DNA of 64,000 nucleotides from a virus (lineage: Duplodnaviria; Caudoviricetes): IMG/VR virus record IMGVR_UViG_3300028805_000046, positions 64,001 through 128,000 of that record; one strand, written 5' to 3'. Below are positions 1 through 9,509 of the stretch, piece after piece. A program made the translations under genes and the position numbers. The first letter of the stretch is position 1. Each line of letters opens with the position of its first letter. The notes under the pieces are model-generated. The model saw only the letters and a program-made list of their open reading frames with translations. It was not told the origin of the DNA and searched no databases.

Positions 1-678
1 GTGCATGAAGTAATGATTACCCAGCTTGCATTTGAAACATTCTTGCTCGGGTATAAGCACGGCGTCTACATTTTCGTTTCAGATGCTTGCGAAGCATGTG
101 CAAGATATCAGCAAGAAATATCTTATATTGACAGTCCGTTCTTGTTTGTTGTGGAAACCCCTATGGTTAAGCAACAAGCAATTCTTGAAAAACTTACTGG
201 TCGTTCTGTATTTCCACAGACAGTTGGATATGTAGACAATCAGATTAAGTTTGCTCGGACTGGCATTGAGTTTGAAAAGCAACAGACAGAGATTCTGTTG
301 CCTTTTTTGGCTACATTTCCAAAAGAGCCATTGACCGAAGCAGAAATTGAAGAACGCATAAAGAAGCAGCGAAATCGTTGTCTTCTTACTCTTTATGCTT
401 TCAGCAAGGATATTCCCGAAGACAAACGAAAAGAGCTTGTTCTTCACGGTGCTTCTTTAAATGAATTTGCGATTGACATTTCTCATGTTGGCGAAGGATT
501 GCCTGACAGTGAAAGAGAACGCCTTCTTGAAGGCCAGTATCATACATGCCGCTTGGTCGTGTATAAATTGAAGGACAAGCCTTCTACATTGAACGATTTT
601 GAACAGAGAATCGTTATGGGCTATGCCGCTGTAAACCGTGAAATAACATTTACAGTCAGAGACATTGAGGATTTATGA
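1..678 (+). CDS. Hypothetical protein with thioredoxin/glutaredoxin-like N-terminal region (probably 5'-truncated)
   Basis: CEAC (CxxC) and a later FPQT cis-Pro-like motif; ORF starts at the window edge. Confidence 0.4.
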   Translation: MHEVMITQLAFETFLLGYKHGVYIFVSDACEACARYQQEISYIDSPFLFVVETPMVKQQAILEKLTGRSVFPQTVGYVDNQIKFARTGIEFEKQQTEILLPFLATFPKEPLTEAEIEERIKKQRNRCLLTLYAFSKDIPEDKRKELVLHGASLNEFAIDISHVGEGLPDSERERLLEGQYHTCRLVVYKLKDKPSTLNDFEQRIVMGYAAVNREITFTVRDIEDL

Positions 679-1436
679 TTGAAATTGTACCTATTCAGAA
701 AAGAGCTCCTGGACAGAATGACACTGACAATATCTTCTACATTGAAGACCGTCCAGGCCTTGATGGAATCGCAAAGAAATACAACTGGGCTATCGAGAAC
801 ATCGCTTTGAAGTCAGATGACGAAATCATCTGTTTCAGACACGATGACTTGTACTTTAGAACTCCAAGAGACGCTGCAGAAGGAATCGTCGCTAAGGCGT
901 GGATGAACGGCTGCGGAGTCGCAGGAGTAATTGGAACTATCGCTCTTGAAAAGTCTTGTACTTGGTGGGAGCCAAACCGTTTTCTTAACGGCTCTGGCTA
1001 TATCATTCAAGGCGGAAAGAAGCCTTTGCAAGATAAGGATGGCAAGCCAGTGCTGAAAGATGGCAAGCCTGTGTTCCAGAAGATTGAATTTCCGATGGAA
1101 GAACATCGCGGAACGCATGACTATCTTGCAACAGTTGACGGCTGCATAATGTGGATAAACAAGAAGCTCTTGCAAGAAGGCTTAAGATTTGACGAAAATC
1201 TTAAAGGCTATCATTTCTATGATGTTGACATTTGCCTTCAGGCGTTGCAGCGCGGTTATAAAGTAACTACCGTGCCTGTCGTCGTAAAGCATGATTCTGA
1301 AGGCATTCCGCCTAAGAACTTTAACGATTACAGAAAAGTCTGCTTCGAGAAATGGAATGCACGAATAGACGCTTGGCCTATCTCGCGCCTGACTAAATTC
1401 CATGAACCGGAGGCCAAGGATGTGTCTAGAAAATGA
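675..1436 (+). CDS. Glycosyltransferase family 2-like protein
   Basis: ICFRHDD, GVAGVIG, ATVDGC, FDENLKGYHFYDVDICLQA, VKHDS motifs of GT-A/GT2-like enzymes. Confidence 0.8.
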   Translation: MIEIVPIQKRAPGQNDTDNIFYIEDRPGLDGIAKKYNWAIENIALKSDDEIICFRHDDLYFRTPRDAAEGIVAKAWMNGCGVAGVIGTIALEKSCTWWEPNRFLNGSGYIIQGGKKPLQDKDGKPVLKDGKPVFQKIEFPMEEHRGTHDYLATVDGCIMWINKKLLQEGLRFDENLKGYHFYDVDICLQALQRGYKVTTVPVVVKHDSEGIPPKNFNDYRKVCFEKWNARIDAWPISRLTKFHEPEAKDVSRK

Positions 1437-1818
1437 ATATGAATTTTTGACGAACAGATTTCCGGAAGTTGAGTGGTCAATGATGGGCGACGAACAGAAC
1501 GGAATCTGTATCGCAAAAGTACAGAATCGGCCTGTGGTTAGCATTCTTTATCCGTCAAGGCAGTTTATCATTAATACAGAGATTGGTCACATTTACTGCT
1601 GCCGTCATTCATTTACTGGAAAGACGAAATGGATTTTGGACAACGCAAATGTCTTAATGAGCCTTGATGACAACCTAGAGTCATTGGGAAATATTTTGAC
1701 GTATATTGCCAGTGACCTCAGAAATTATTATTTTGAACTAAAAAAGGAAGAAATTTATGCCGCGAAAAACATCTACAAAGAAAAGTACATCAGCTTCTGT
1801 AACTGCGCCCGCAACTGA
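1420..1818 (+). CDS. Hypothetical protein
   Basis: ORF with GGAGG upstream of ATG 1420. Confidence 0.55.
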   Translation: MCLENEYEFLTNRFPEVEWSMMGDEQNGICIAKVQNRPVVSILYPSRQFIINTEIGHIYCCRHSFTGKTKWILDNANVLMSLDDNLESLGNILTYIASDLRNYYFELKKEEIYAAKNIYKEKYISFCNCARN

Positions 1819-2242
1819 AGAAGTTGAAAAGAAGATTGGACTGTTTGATGTTCTTGATATGATTCAGATAAAAAGAACACCGTGGGCAGAACTTGATGAC
1901 GGGTATAAAGACGCTTACAGTCAGTTTATGATAAATCGTTTCGTTTCATCAGTTGATTTTCTTGTGCCAATCGTTGAAAAGATGTCAACTATGAAGGCAT
2001 TGACTAACGAACAGCATTATTTCATTCTGACAAATTCAATTCCAACTGGTCGTAAATTCTGGTTCAACTATAAGGCGTATAAGAAAGAAAAGGCAGAAAA
2101 GGACGAAGAGTTCTTAATCTGGGCTGTTTCAAAAGAATACGAGATCGGAAAGCGTGAAGCCAAGACTTATATAAATAATTTAAGTGGGACTGAAATAGAC
2201 CAGTTGAAAGACAAGTGGGAAGAGTTCTACAAAAATAAGTAA
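1757..2242 (+). CDS. Clamp loader small subunit (T4 gp62-like)
   Basis: YSQFMINRFVS...QHYFIL...YEIGKREAKTYINNL resembles T4-like gp62. Confidence 0.7.
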   Translation: MPRKTSTKKSTSASVTAPATEEVEKKIGLFDVLDMIQIKRTPWAELDDGYKDAYSQFMINRFVSSVDFLVPIVEKMSTMKALTNEQHYFILTNSIPTGRKFWFNYKAYKKEKAEKDEEFLIWAVSKEYEIGKREAKTYINNLSGTEIDQLKDKWEEFYKNK

Positions 2243-2253
2243 GAGGATTTACG

Positions 2254-3786
2254 ATGGCGCATAAAACATTTAAGGAATTGAAGGAGTTGATGACTGAAGC
2301 TTCTGTTGGAAGCCAGGACATTTTCCGCGCTACTGAAAGCATCGTCAAGTATCTTTCTCGCACATTGGGTGCGACTTTTAAGGAAATTGACGGTCAGGAA
2401 TACGCAAACAGTAGCGGATCATACTTTGGATTTTTGTACATTTCCACCACCAATCATGCTGCTTTGCGTGTAAACTGGGAAGGAAATGTATTCCATTCAA
2501 TCAACTACTGGAATGACTACGCAACTGAAATGGCTCCGACTATGGAAATCTTCACTGGTAAGATTGCTCCGGGTCAGTCTTCATTTGCTCGTCTTCTTCC
2601 AGAAATTGCTGAAATCATTAAGAACGGCGGAGTAACTCCTGCTTCTGATGAAGGCGATGACTTTGAAGAACCAGTATCAGAATCTATGAATGAAGCAGTC
2701 GAGTATAATGGACAAGTCTATAACACTCGTGTTGACCTCGTAAAGGCAATGTACGATGCTGGTAAGTCTATTGATGAAATCAAGACTGTAGTAGGATATC
2801 CTCCTGGACATATTCGTAAGCTTATCGCAAAGTACACAGGCGAATCTGAACCACAGACTTCTGCTTCTGGAAAGGTCAAGGTCGTCAAGGGACAGGCTGA
2901 AACCGTTACTCCGTCAAAGGCAGTAAAGAAGGCTCAAGCAATTCTCGATGATACTGAATATGCTGACCCAGCGATTGTCTTCCATGAACTTGAACAGTAC
3001 TGTACATTGATTGGTAAGGGCCTCCTTACCGCATTGATGATTACTGGACAAGGCGGTGTTGGTAAGTCATTCACTGTTGGTGATGTTCTTAGACAGTATG
3101 GTAAGAAAGGCGAAGACTACGTGATTATGAAAGGTCACTGTACTCCTTCTGCGATGTACCGCTTCCTTTATAACCATTACGACAAGATCTGCGTATTTGA
3201 CGACTGCGACTCGATCTTTGACTCTGCCGATGGTATGAACATCTTGAAAGGCGCCCTTGACTCCGGTGACCCACGAGAAATTTCATGGATGACGAAAGGC
3301 TCTGACGTCGTTGATACTTTCGGCGTTGAAGACCATGCAGAAATTGAATCACGCCTCGCAGAATATTCTAGCTCACATGGTGGTAAAGAAGGTACTCCTT
3401 CATACTTCATTTTTGAAGGCGCGGTGATTTTCATCTCTAACCTTTCAAAGCAGGCAATCTACAAGAAAGACCGTGCTATCCTTTCTCGATGCACTACCAT
3501 TGATGTGACTTTGAGCGCTCAGGGAGTTATTTCTCGTATTAAGACTGTGCTTCCTCACATCAAGATCTATGCTGCATTGAAGGGCCGTGGCAAGAATGGC
3601 TCTCGTGACATTACTGATGAAGCAATCAAGCAAGAAGTATTTGAGTGGATTTCATCAGAAGAGTTCTTGAACCACCCAAGAGTCCGTGGACGTGAACTTA
3701 ACTTCCGTCTCTTTGACCAGGTATATAAGTACCGTTATGGTGGATTGGAAGATTGGAAGGAACTAAGCTATCGAGCGGGCGGCTGA
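2254..3786 (+). CDS. AAA+ family ATPase with N-terminal extension
   Basis: Walker A GQGGVGKS, Walker B ICVFDDCD, sensor VIFISN, AILSRC arginine-finger region. Confidence 0.8.
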   Translation: MAHKTFKELKELMTEASVGSQDIFRATESIVKYLSRTLGATFKEIDGQEYANSSGSYFGFLYISTTNHAALRVNWEGNVFHSINYWNDYATEMAPTMEIFTGKIAPGQSSFARLLPEIAEIIKNGGVTPASDEGDDFEEPVSESMNEAVEYNGQVYNTRVDLVKAMYDAGKSIDEIKTVVGYPPGHIRKLIAKYTGESEPQTSASGKVKVVKGQAETVTPSKAVKKAQAILDDTEYADPAIVFHELEQYCTLIGKGLLTALMITGQGGVGKSFTVGDVLRQYGKKGEDYVIMKGHCTPSAMYRFLYNHYDKICVFDDCDSIFDSADGMNILKGALDSGDPREISWMTKGSDVVDTFGVEDHAEIESRLAEYSSSHGGKEGTPSYFIFEGAVIFISNLSKQAIYKKDRAILSRCTTIDVTLSAQGVISRIKTVLPHIKIYAALKGRGKNGSRDITDEAIKQEVFEWISSEEFLNHPRVRGRELNFRLFDQVYKYRYGGLEDWKELSYRAGG

Positions 3787-3802
3787 TCCTTTCCCCAATT
3801 TT

Positions 3803-3903
3803 TTCTGGCTTACTCCCAGAATTACCGAGCTGCTGGTTGCCGCCAGCAGCTCATTTTGTAAATACATTAAAGGGCGGCAACCCTTATAAAGAGGAGTAAG
3901 TCA
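3803..3903 (+). promoter_or_regulatory. Kissing-loop/anti-SD leader RNA element, copy 1, with internal late-promoter-like TGTAAATA
   Basis: Hairpin A loop CTTACTC vs SD region GAGTAAG; loop TTGCCG (3837-3842) complementary to loop CGGCAA (3875-3880); box 3857-3864. Confidence 0.75.
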
Positions 3904-3904
3904 A

Positions 3905-4897
3905 ATGTATTGTGAAATATGTAAAAAAGATTACCATAATTTAAGTAATCATCTAATTCTTAAACATAAAATTTCCCCAAAAGATTATTTTGATGAATAT
4001 CTGAAGACAGAAGAAAATTCTCATTGCAGACTCTGTCATGCGGAATTGAAAGATTTTATCAAATTGAGCTGGGGATATGGAACTTACTGTAAAGAATGCA
4101 GTAATAAAGACAAGTTGAAACATACTTGGAAATTAAAGACAAAAGATGAACTTAATTCTATAAATGAAAAACGAAAAGAAACGTTGAAAGACATTTATGG
4201 CGAAGACTGGAAAGAACAGTTTATACAAAAACAGATAGAAAGCTGCAGAAATAGAACACCTGAACAGCAGGCACTTGTTTCAAAGCACCATCACGATGAA
4301 CGAATGTCACGTGATAATGCGAAAATGGCAGCTGCATGTAGAGCTACCAAATTGAAAAATCATGGTGATGCAACGTACAATAACATAGAAAAAGCAAAAG
4401 AAACGTGTTTATCTAAATATGGCGCTACTAATGTAAGTTTAGTTCCTGAAATTGTTGAACATATGTTTGATGATTATGAAAAACGTACAGGCTTTAAGAA
4501 TCCATCACATAATCCAGCAGTAATAGCTAAAATGCATGCAAGGTATTATTATGATGGACAACGATTTGATAGTTCTTGGGAACTTGCATATTACATTTGG
4601 CTAAAGGATCATAACATTCCGTTTGAATTTCATATAGACCCAATTGATTATTCATATAAAGGCAGGAGACATCGTTATTTTCCAGACTTTAAAGTAAATA
4701 ATGAACTTGTTGAAATAAAAGGACCTCAGCTGCTGCAATTGATGCAGGAGTCAAATTCATTGGATAATGCTAAGTATCGTTGTATGATAGATCATGATGT
4801 AAAGATCATATCAGATTGTTCTGAGTATCTTAATTACATTGATGAGAAGTATGGAAAAGAATATTTGCAGCAGTTTAGACGAAGAAAATTTTTGTGA
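3905..4897 (+). CDS. Putative free-standing mobile endonuclease, PD-(D/E)xK (TnsA-like) C-terminal domain
   Basis: N-terminal zinc motifs, KETCLSKYG-type repeats, C-terminal FDSSWE...YFPDF...VEIKG; AT-rich; paralogue of 37534..38553. Confidence 0.7.
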   Translation: MYCEICKKDYHNLSNHLILKHKISPKDYFDEYLKTEENSHCRLCHAELKDFIKLSWGYGTYCKECSNKDKLKHTWKLKTKDELNSINEKRKETLKDIYGEDWKEQFIQKQIESCRNRTPEQQALVSKHHHDERMSRDNAKMAAACRATKLKNHGDATYNNIEKAKETCLSKYGATNVSLVPEIVEHMFDDYEKRTGFKNPSHNPAVIAKMHARYYYDGQRFDSSWELAYYIWLKDHNIPFEFHIDPIDYSYKGRRHRYFPDFKVNNELVEIKGPQLLQLMQESNSLDNAKYRCMIDHDVKIISDCSEYLNYIDEKYGKEYLQQFRRRKFL

Positions 4898-4946
4898 TGT
4901 TTCAAAAATCGTAAAAAGTTGTTAAATTTAATTAGAGGTAAATAAT

Positions 4947-5156
4947 ATGAGTGTAAAGATCACAATCAAGAATAAGAGCTCACGAGACATTCCTCAAGAA
5001 CTTGTTGAGGAGATTCAGTTTAAGACTCTTGACGAAATAAATTCTATTGCAGAGCAGTATAATCTTAAGGTCACTGAAATGACAAATGAATATAAGAATG
5101 CTAAGCTCGTAGAACAAGAATTGACATTTGGAGACAGATATGCAAAAGAAAATTAA
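4947..5156 (+). CDS. Hypothetical protein
   Basis: ORF with AGAGGT RBS. Confidence 0.6.
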   Translation: MSVKITIKNKSSRDIPQELVEEIQFKTLDEINSIAEQYNLKVTEMTNEYKNAKLVEQELTFGDRYAKEN

Positions 5157-6507
5157 GTGGGGATTTATTCAGCCGCTAACGGGGGGCTTTGCGTGCGGTG
5201 CGGAGCGAGCAATTGGCGCCCCTCCTGATTGGGTACTTTCATTCCCAGGTTTCTGCGGTCACACTGAAAACCCAGACGGAACTGTTAAGAGTGCTATGAA
5301 CGAGTATCATTATCTCATGTATATGAAGAAGCACAACAAGTTGCCGCCTTATCTTACTATCAACCGTCACCCGTTTGCTGACTTCACTAAGGAAGAAGAT
5401 CCTTGGCACCCAGAACTAATCAAGAATGATTTCAGCACTACCGACACCATTGATTTAAGCAATACAGACCTTGTATGCGCATTGCCAGTCTGTTCTGGAT
5501 TGTCCAATGCCACAACGACAAAGAACGATGAGACGCGTGAACTAAGAAACTGCAACATGCAGTGGATCACAAAGTTTGTTCTTGAACACATCAAGCCAAA
5601 AGCTTACATCTTTGAAAATGCTCCTGCTTTGTTCGCAGGCGCTAAGGGCGCTCCAATCCGTGAGTTCATTGACAAGACTGCCGAAGCAGCAGGCTATTCA
5701 GTCACTTACTTCAAGACCGACACATGCTTGCATCACAATGCTCAGCGTCGTCCAAGAACATTCGTAATTTGCTGGAAGTGGGAAGGCGAACATAAGCAGA
5801 TGCCGCCTATCATCAATTTCGTTCGTGATGAAATTTCCGTTAAGGACTTCTTCAATGAAATGCCTAATTACGAACAGAATGAAGAAATGCCTCTGTCTTG
5901 GTGCAATCAGAATATCTTGGACTACTTCAAGCAGGCTCACCCAAATGATTACCGTGAGCTCTTGAAGGAAAGAACAGGATTTGCTCATATCATTGAATGT
6001 GGCGAAAAGGAACAGTACATCAAGTTCTGTGAAACCTATCAGTGGAAAGGCGAAAATTATGAAACACAGGAAAAGCACCGTGCATCAATGATTCGTTCAA
6101 TCAATCATGCAGATGACAAGCATAAGGTTGGTTCATGGATCTTTGACACGACTACTGCAGTAATTGATGACAAGAAGAACATTCCGTCAATCATGCATAA
6201 GGTCACTACTTCCAAGTTGCATCCTTACAAAGATCGTCTTTTGACAGTCGGCGAAATTCTTTACTGTATGGGTATGCCGACCGACTATCACATTTATGGC
6301 GAGACCTGTGAAAAGTCGCATCAGACAGGTCAGAATGTTCCAGTAAAGACTGCGGAGTACATCGTTTCTGAAATCGTCCGTGTCTTGAACAACTGGGAAA
6401 CTGACAGACTTAACACTAACGGCAATCCGTTCTTCGGTGATGACGACAATGTAGAATTTGTGGACAACACCAAGAGGACATACTCAACTAAGCCGACGGA
6501 GAAATAA
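5140..6507 (+). CDS. DNA cytosine-C5 methyltransferase-like protein (atypical)
   Basis: Motif IV PVCSGLS, VI FENAP, VIII QRRPRTF, IX RLLTVGE, X GQNVP; GGAG RBS before ATG 5140. Confidence 0.75.
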   Translation: MQKKIKWGFIQPLTGGFACGAERAIGAPPDWVLSFPGFCGHTENPDGTVKSAMNEYHYLMYMKKHNKLPPYLTINRHPFADFTKEEDPWHPELIKNDFSTTDTIDLSNTDLVCALPVCSGLSNATTTKNDETRELRNCNMQWITKFVLEHIKPKAYIFENAPALFAGAKGAPIREFIDKTAEAAGYSVTYFKTDTCLHHNAQRRPRTFVICWKWEGEHKQMPPIINFVRDEISVKDFFNEMPNYEQNEEMPLSWCNQNILDYFKQAHPNDYRELLKERTGFAHIIECGEKEQYIKFCETYQWKGENYETQEKHRASMIRSINHADDKHKVGSWIFDTTTAVIDDKKNIPSIMHKVTTSKLHPYKDRLLTVGEILYCMGMPTDYHIYGETCEKSHQTGQNVPVKTAEYIVSEIVRVLNNWETDRLNTNGNPFFGDDDNVEFVDNTKRTYSTKPTEK

Positions 6508-6518
6508 AAACCGCCGGT

Positions 6519-6546
6519 TTGCATTTTGTTAAAAATTTTTTATATT
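6519..6546 (+). promoter_or_regulatory. Sigma70-like early promoter
   Basis: TTGCAT-N16-TATATT upstream of 6577. Confidence 0.45.
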
Positions 6547-6576
6547 GATACTGTAAAACCCTCAACAAAGGAGTAA

Positions 6577-6945
6577 ATGATGGGTACACTTACTAAAGGT
6601 TCATACGCACTTGACAAGAAAACAGGCAGATGCTATCTTATGCTTACTGATTCTGCCATTGACAGCGGCAACAGACGTTGGGTTGAAACCTCTCGTCTCA
6701 ACCGTAAGAATGGTCAGGTTACTGGAAGCAAGAATGCAATTCGTTGCCAAGTTTCTGAAAATCAGCTTATTCCGATTTCTTACGCTGAAGGACGCCTCGC
6801 AATGTCTGTTGAACAGTTCTTCAGAAACCATCTCGTAAAGGACGCAGTTTGGGAAACCGCACTTACTGTTTACGATGATATTCTTAAGCCTCGTGGACTT
6901 GATCCGAAGGCTGTCCAGCGTTCATTCTACAAAGGAGCTTGCTAA
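6577..6945 (+). CDS. Hypothetical protein
   Basis: ORF with AAGGAG RBS. Confidence 0.7.
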   Translation: MMGTLTKGSYALDKKTGRCYLMLTDSAIDSGNRRWVETSRLNRKNGQVTGSKNAIRCQVSENQLIPISYAEGRLAMSVEQFFRNHLVKDAVWETALTVYDDILKPRGLDPKAVQRSFYKGAC

Positions 6946-7118
6946 TGTGGAAGATCACTAAGTATCACTGTGATGAAAACGGATCTCCGTACGGCGAACC
7001 GTTCACTACTGTCTGCTACACTCAAGAACTTATGGAGTCTTACCGTAAGGCTCACTTCGTTCAGAAGATTGTAGAAGTTCTCGGCAAAGGCCAAGAAAAG
7101 GTAGTTTGGGAAAGATAA
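6945..7118 (+). CDS. Small hypothetical protein (57 aa, not in ORF track)
   Basis: MWKITKYHCD...VVWER; TAATG overlap and AAGGAG RBS. Confidence 0.65.
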   Translation: MWKITKYHCDENGSPYGEPFTTVCYTQELMESYRKAHFVQKIVEVLGKGQEKVVWER

Positions 7119-7121
7119 TTT

Positions 7122-7982
7122 ATGTTCGTCTATTTCATCAATGACTTGCACATAGATAAGCACCTTCCTCAATTAAAGGCTGGTGCTAAATCTTCTGCTG
7201 CAATTCACAGATGGATGGACGAATATTTTCTTCCGGCAGACGTACTCTGTATTGCAGGCGACATCGCTGATAGCAGTTTATTTTTCATTGATTTTCTAGC
7301 AGCCTGCCGCGGAAGATACAAGTACGTCTTTTACGTTTATGGTAATCACGACATCGGAGTCTATAAGTCCGAACACAAGTCAGTGAGCGATAAGTTAGAC
7401 GCTATTGAACATTGGCTTGGGAATTTCAAAAGACTCACTACATCAACTCACGAATGTAAGACAAAATTCTTTAAGTTAGACGGAAACGAAATAGTTGGTG
7501 TCAATGGACTTAAATTCGTTGGAGCTATGGGATCATCCGACTGGTCATACGGCCGCCTCCTTGGCTCAACCAACGATTACTTCATTGAAAGTTGGAGAAA
7601 AGGTCCCGATGGTAAAGCTTGGAAAAATTGGTGGTCAGATAATCCGCTCGAGATCGTTGAAGATGAGAAAAAGAGATTGATTAAGCCACTTGATAATGAA
7701 GCATGCGACCCACGAGTCGTGGTTACTCATTTTGCTCCGCTTGGAGTTCCAGTTCCTGAAAAATTCAAGAATAACTTGAAGACTGGATATTTTTATTGGG
7801 ACTGTTCTGAAATAATAAATAAGTTGCCGAAAGGTACAATCTGGCACTTCGGACATACACATGCCAAACTTCGTTTTGAGAAGGATGGGATTCTTTATCT
7901 GAATAACCCAGTTGGTTATCCCGGCGAAAATGTCAATCTGCTTGGTGCATTTAAGAAAGAAGATTTTTTAATTAAGTTGTGA
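7122..7982 (+). CDS. Calcineurin-like metallophosphoesterase
   Basis: DLH, GD, GNHD, THFAP, FGHTH motifs. Confidence 0.9.
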   Translation: MFVYFINDLHIDKHLPQLKAGAKSSAAIHRWMDEYFLPADVLCIAGDIADSSLFFIDFLAACRGRYKYVFYVYGNHDIGVYKSEHKSVSDKLDAIEHWLGNFKRLTTSTHECKTKFFKLDGNEIVGVNGLKFVGAMGSSDWSYGRLLGSTNDYFIESWRKGPDGKAWKNWWSDNPLEIVEDEKKRLIKPLDNEACDPRVVVTHFAPLGVPVPEKFKNNLKTGYFYWDCSEIINKLPKGTIWHFGHTHAKLRFEKDGILYLNNPVGYPGENVNLLGAFKKEDFLIKL

Positions 7983-7988
7983 GGAAAA

Positions 7989-8333
7989 ATGAAACTTACT
8001 CAAAATAAAGTCCTGTTGGAAAATAACGAACCTGAGAAAACCTCAGGCGGTATTTTCATTCCGGAAAAGAAAGAAGGAACTGTCTGCTTTAAGGTAGTTG
8101 CGGTTGGACCTGGCCGTTTCTGCCCAGCTACTGGCGAACGCTGTCCTATGAGCGTTAAGCCAGGCGACCGTGTGATGGTGAATACTCAGATAGCGCCTGA
8201 AGTCATTATCACTAAGGGTGGCAAGAAGATGAAGTACTTCATCGTTCCTGAGGAAGAAATTCAGTACATCTTGGAAGATGGCGAAGAAACAAAGTTTATC
8301 TCAGCACAGGAGAAAGCAAACGATGGCTACTAA
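7989..8333 (+). CDS. groES: GroES/Cpn10-like co-chaperonin, copy 1
   Basis: KTSGGIFIP mobile loop, VVAVGPG, VKPGDRV. Confidence 0.85.
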   Translation: MKLTQNKVLLENNEPEKTSGGIFIPEKKEGTVCFKVVAVGPGRFCPATGERCPMSVKPGDRVMVNTQIAPEVIITKGGKKMKYFIVPEEEIQYILEDGEETKFISAQEKANDGY

Positions 8334-8652
8334 TCTAAGAGTACTTGATGACAAGATGATTGTCAAGAACCTTACCACGAAGACCGCAGGCGGACTCATT
8401 CTTCCTGGAATGGTCGTTGCATACACAATGTATGAAATTGTCGCAATTGGTCCTGGACATTACCTTCGTTCATACAACCTTACTGTTCCAAATGAAGTAA
8501 AGGTTGGCGACAGAGTTCTTATCAACTACGGTTCATGCAAGTCAATCGGAAACCACAAGAATCCGAAGACTGGCGAAATGGAAGAACTTTTCTTGGTAGA
8601 CAACTCTGAAGAAGCAATCATGGTTTTGGACGAGGATGAAACGGTAGTTTAA
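8323..8652 (+). CDS. groES: GroES/Cpn10-like co-chaperonin, copy 2
   Basis: LRVLDDK, KTAGGLILP, IVAIGPG, VKVGDRV; AGGAG RBS before ATG 8323. Confidence 0.8.
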   Translation: MATNLRVLDDKMIVKNLTTKTAGGLILPGMVVAYTMYEIVAIGPGHYLRSYNLTVPNEVKVGDRVLINYGSCKSIGNHKNPKTGEMEELFLVDNSEEAIMVLDEDETVV

Positions 8653-8990
8653 TGAAAAAGCCAATTCTCATATCGGTTGGACTTGTCATTCTATACACGC
8701 TAATCATTATGGCTGGCGGCTGCTTTGGTGCGGCCGTCGCTCCTGTTGCTAAGGCCGTTCTTCTGTTCATTCTTAAGTGGGCAGCAATTCTTTTCGGTTA
8801 TGCAACACTTTGCTATCTCCCGTACCGAGTTGTTCAAGCGTTGAAACTTCGAGACGAAACAACAAAGAAAATCTTGGAAGAAAATAAACGAATCGTTCGT
8901 CATAACAAAGAGATGGAACAAAAAGAAAAACAGAAAAATTTGGAAGAAAAAATCATTGACGCTTACTTTAAGCAAGAGGATGAATTATAA
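8652..8990 (+). CDS. Membrane protein with two hydrophobic segments and a coiled-coil tail
   Basis: Hydrophobic N-terminal half, charged C-terminus. Confidence 0.65.
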   Translation: MKKPILISVGLVILYTLIIMAGGCFGAAVAPVAKAVLLFILKWAAILFGYATLCYLPYRVVQALKLRDETTKKILEENKRIVRHNKEMEQKEKQKNLEEKIIDAYFKQEDEL

Positions 8991-9442
8991 TGGAAAAGCA
9001 AACAGAAACTGAAACACAGAAACAAACTTTAACTGACAGAGTCAATCACCCTGCTCATTATAACAAGCACCCGAGCGGAATTGAAGCAATCACTATCACT
9101 CGTTACTTGATGTGTGATCTTGCTAACGCCTGGAAGTACGCAATGCGTTATAAGGACAAGGGTACGCCTAAGGAAGATTTGCTCAAGCTTTGCTTCTATC
9201 TTGAAGACTGGGCTCGCAACTTCGTTGACGAAAATAATGTTGATACTTGCCAGACGACTGTTGACCCGATGCTAGTTATCGGCAAAATGCGTGAGGTTAT
9301 GGAAGCAGAGAAGCAGCCAGAAATCAAGGAAATCTTCAGACAGATTTTGCGTATTTCATTGGACGGCGGGCTCGTTAATCCTGTAAGTTTCAAGCAAGCA
9401 ATCGCAGCAGTCAAAACATACGCAGAAAGTTTTTCTAAATAA
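8990..9442 (+). CDS. DUF3310 / T7 gp1.7-like protein
   Basis: DRVNHPAHYN...GIEAI...NAWKY.MR...K..PKEDLLK. Confidence 0.75.
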   Translation: MEKQTETETQKQTLTDRVNHPAHYNKHPSGIEAITITRYLMCDLANAWKYAMRYKDKGTPKEDLLKLCFYLEDWARNFVDENNVDTCQTTVDPMLVIGKMREVMEAEKQPEIKEIFRQILRISLDGGLVNPVSFKQAIAAVKTYAESFSK

Positions 9443-9447
9443 ACCAA

Positions 9448-9476
9448 TTGCCAAAACTGAAAAACTTTATTAAATT
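9448..9476 (+). promoter_or_regulatory. Sigma70-like promoter
   Basis: TTGCCA-N17-TAAATT. Confidence 0.4.
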
Positions 9477-9509
9477 GAAATTGAAAATTTTTTATCTAAA
9501 AGGTGACTT

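Noticed and set aside
3833-3883. Invertible promoter flanked by inverted repeats (GGTTGCCGCC/GGCGGCAACC)
   Set aside because: In the other copies complementarity is confined to 6-7-nt hairpin loops and no recombinase is evident; RNA loop-loop pairing fits better.
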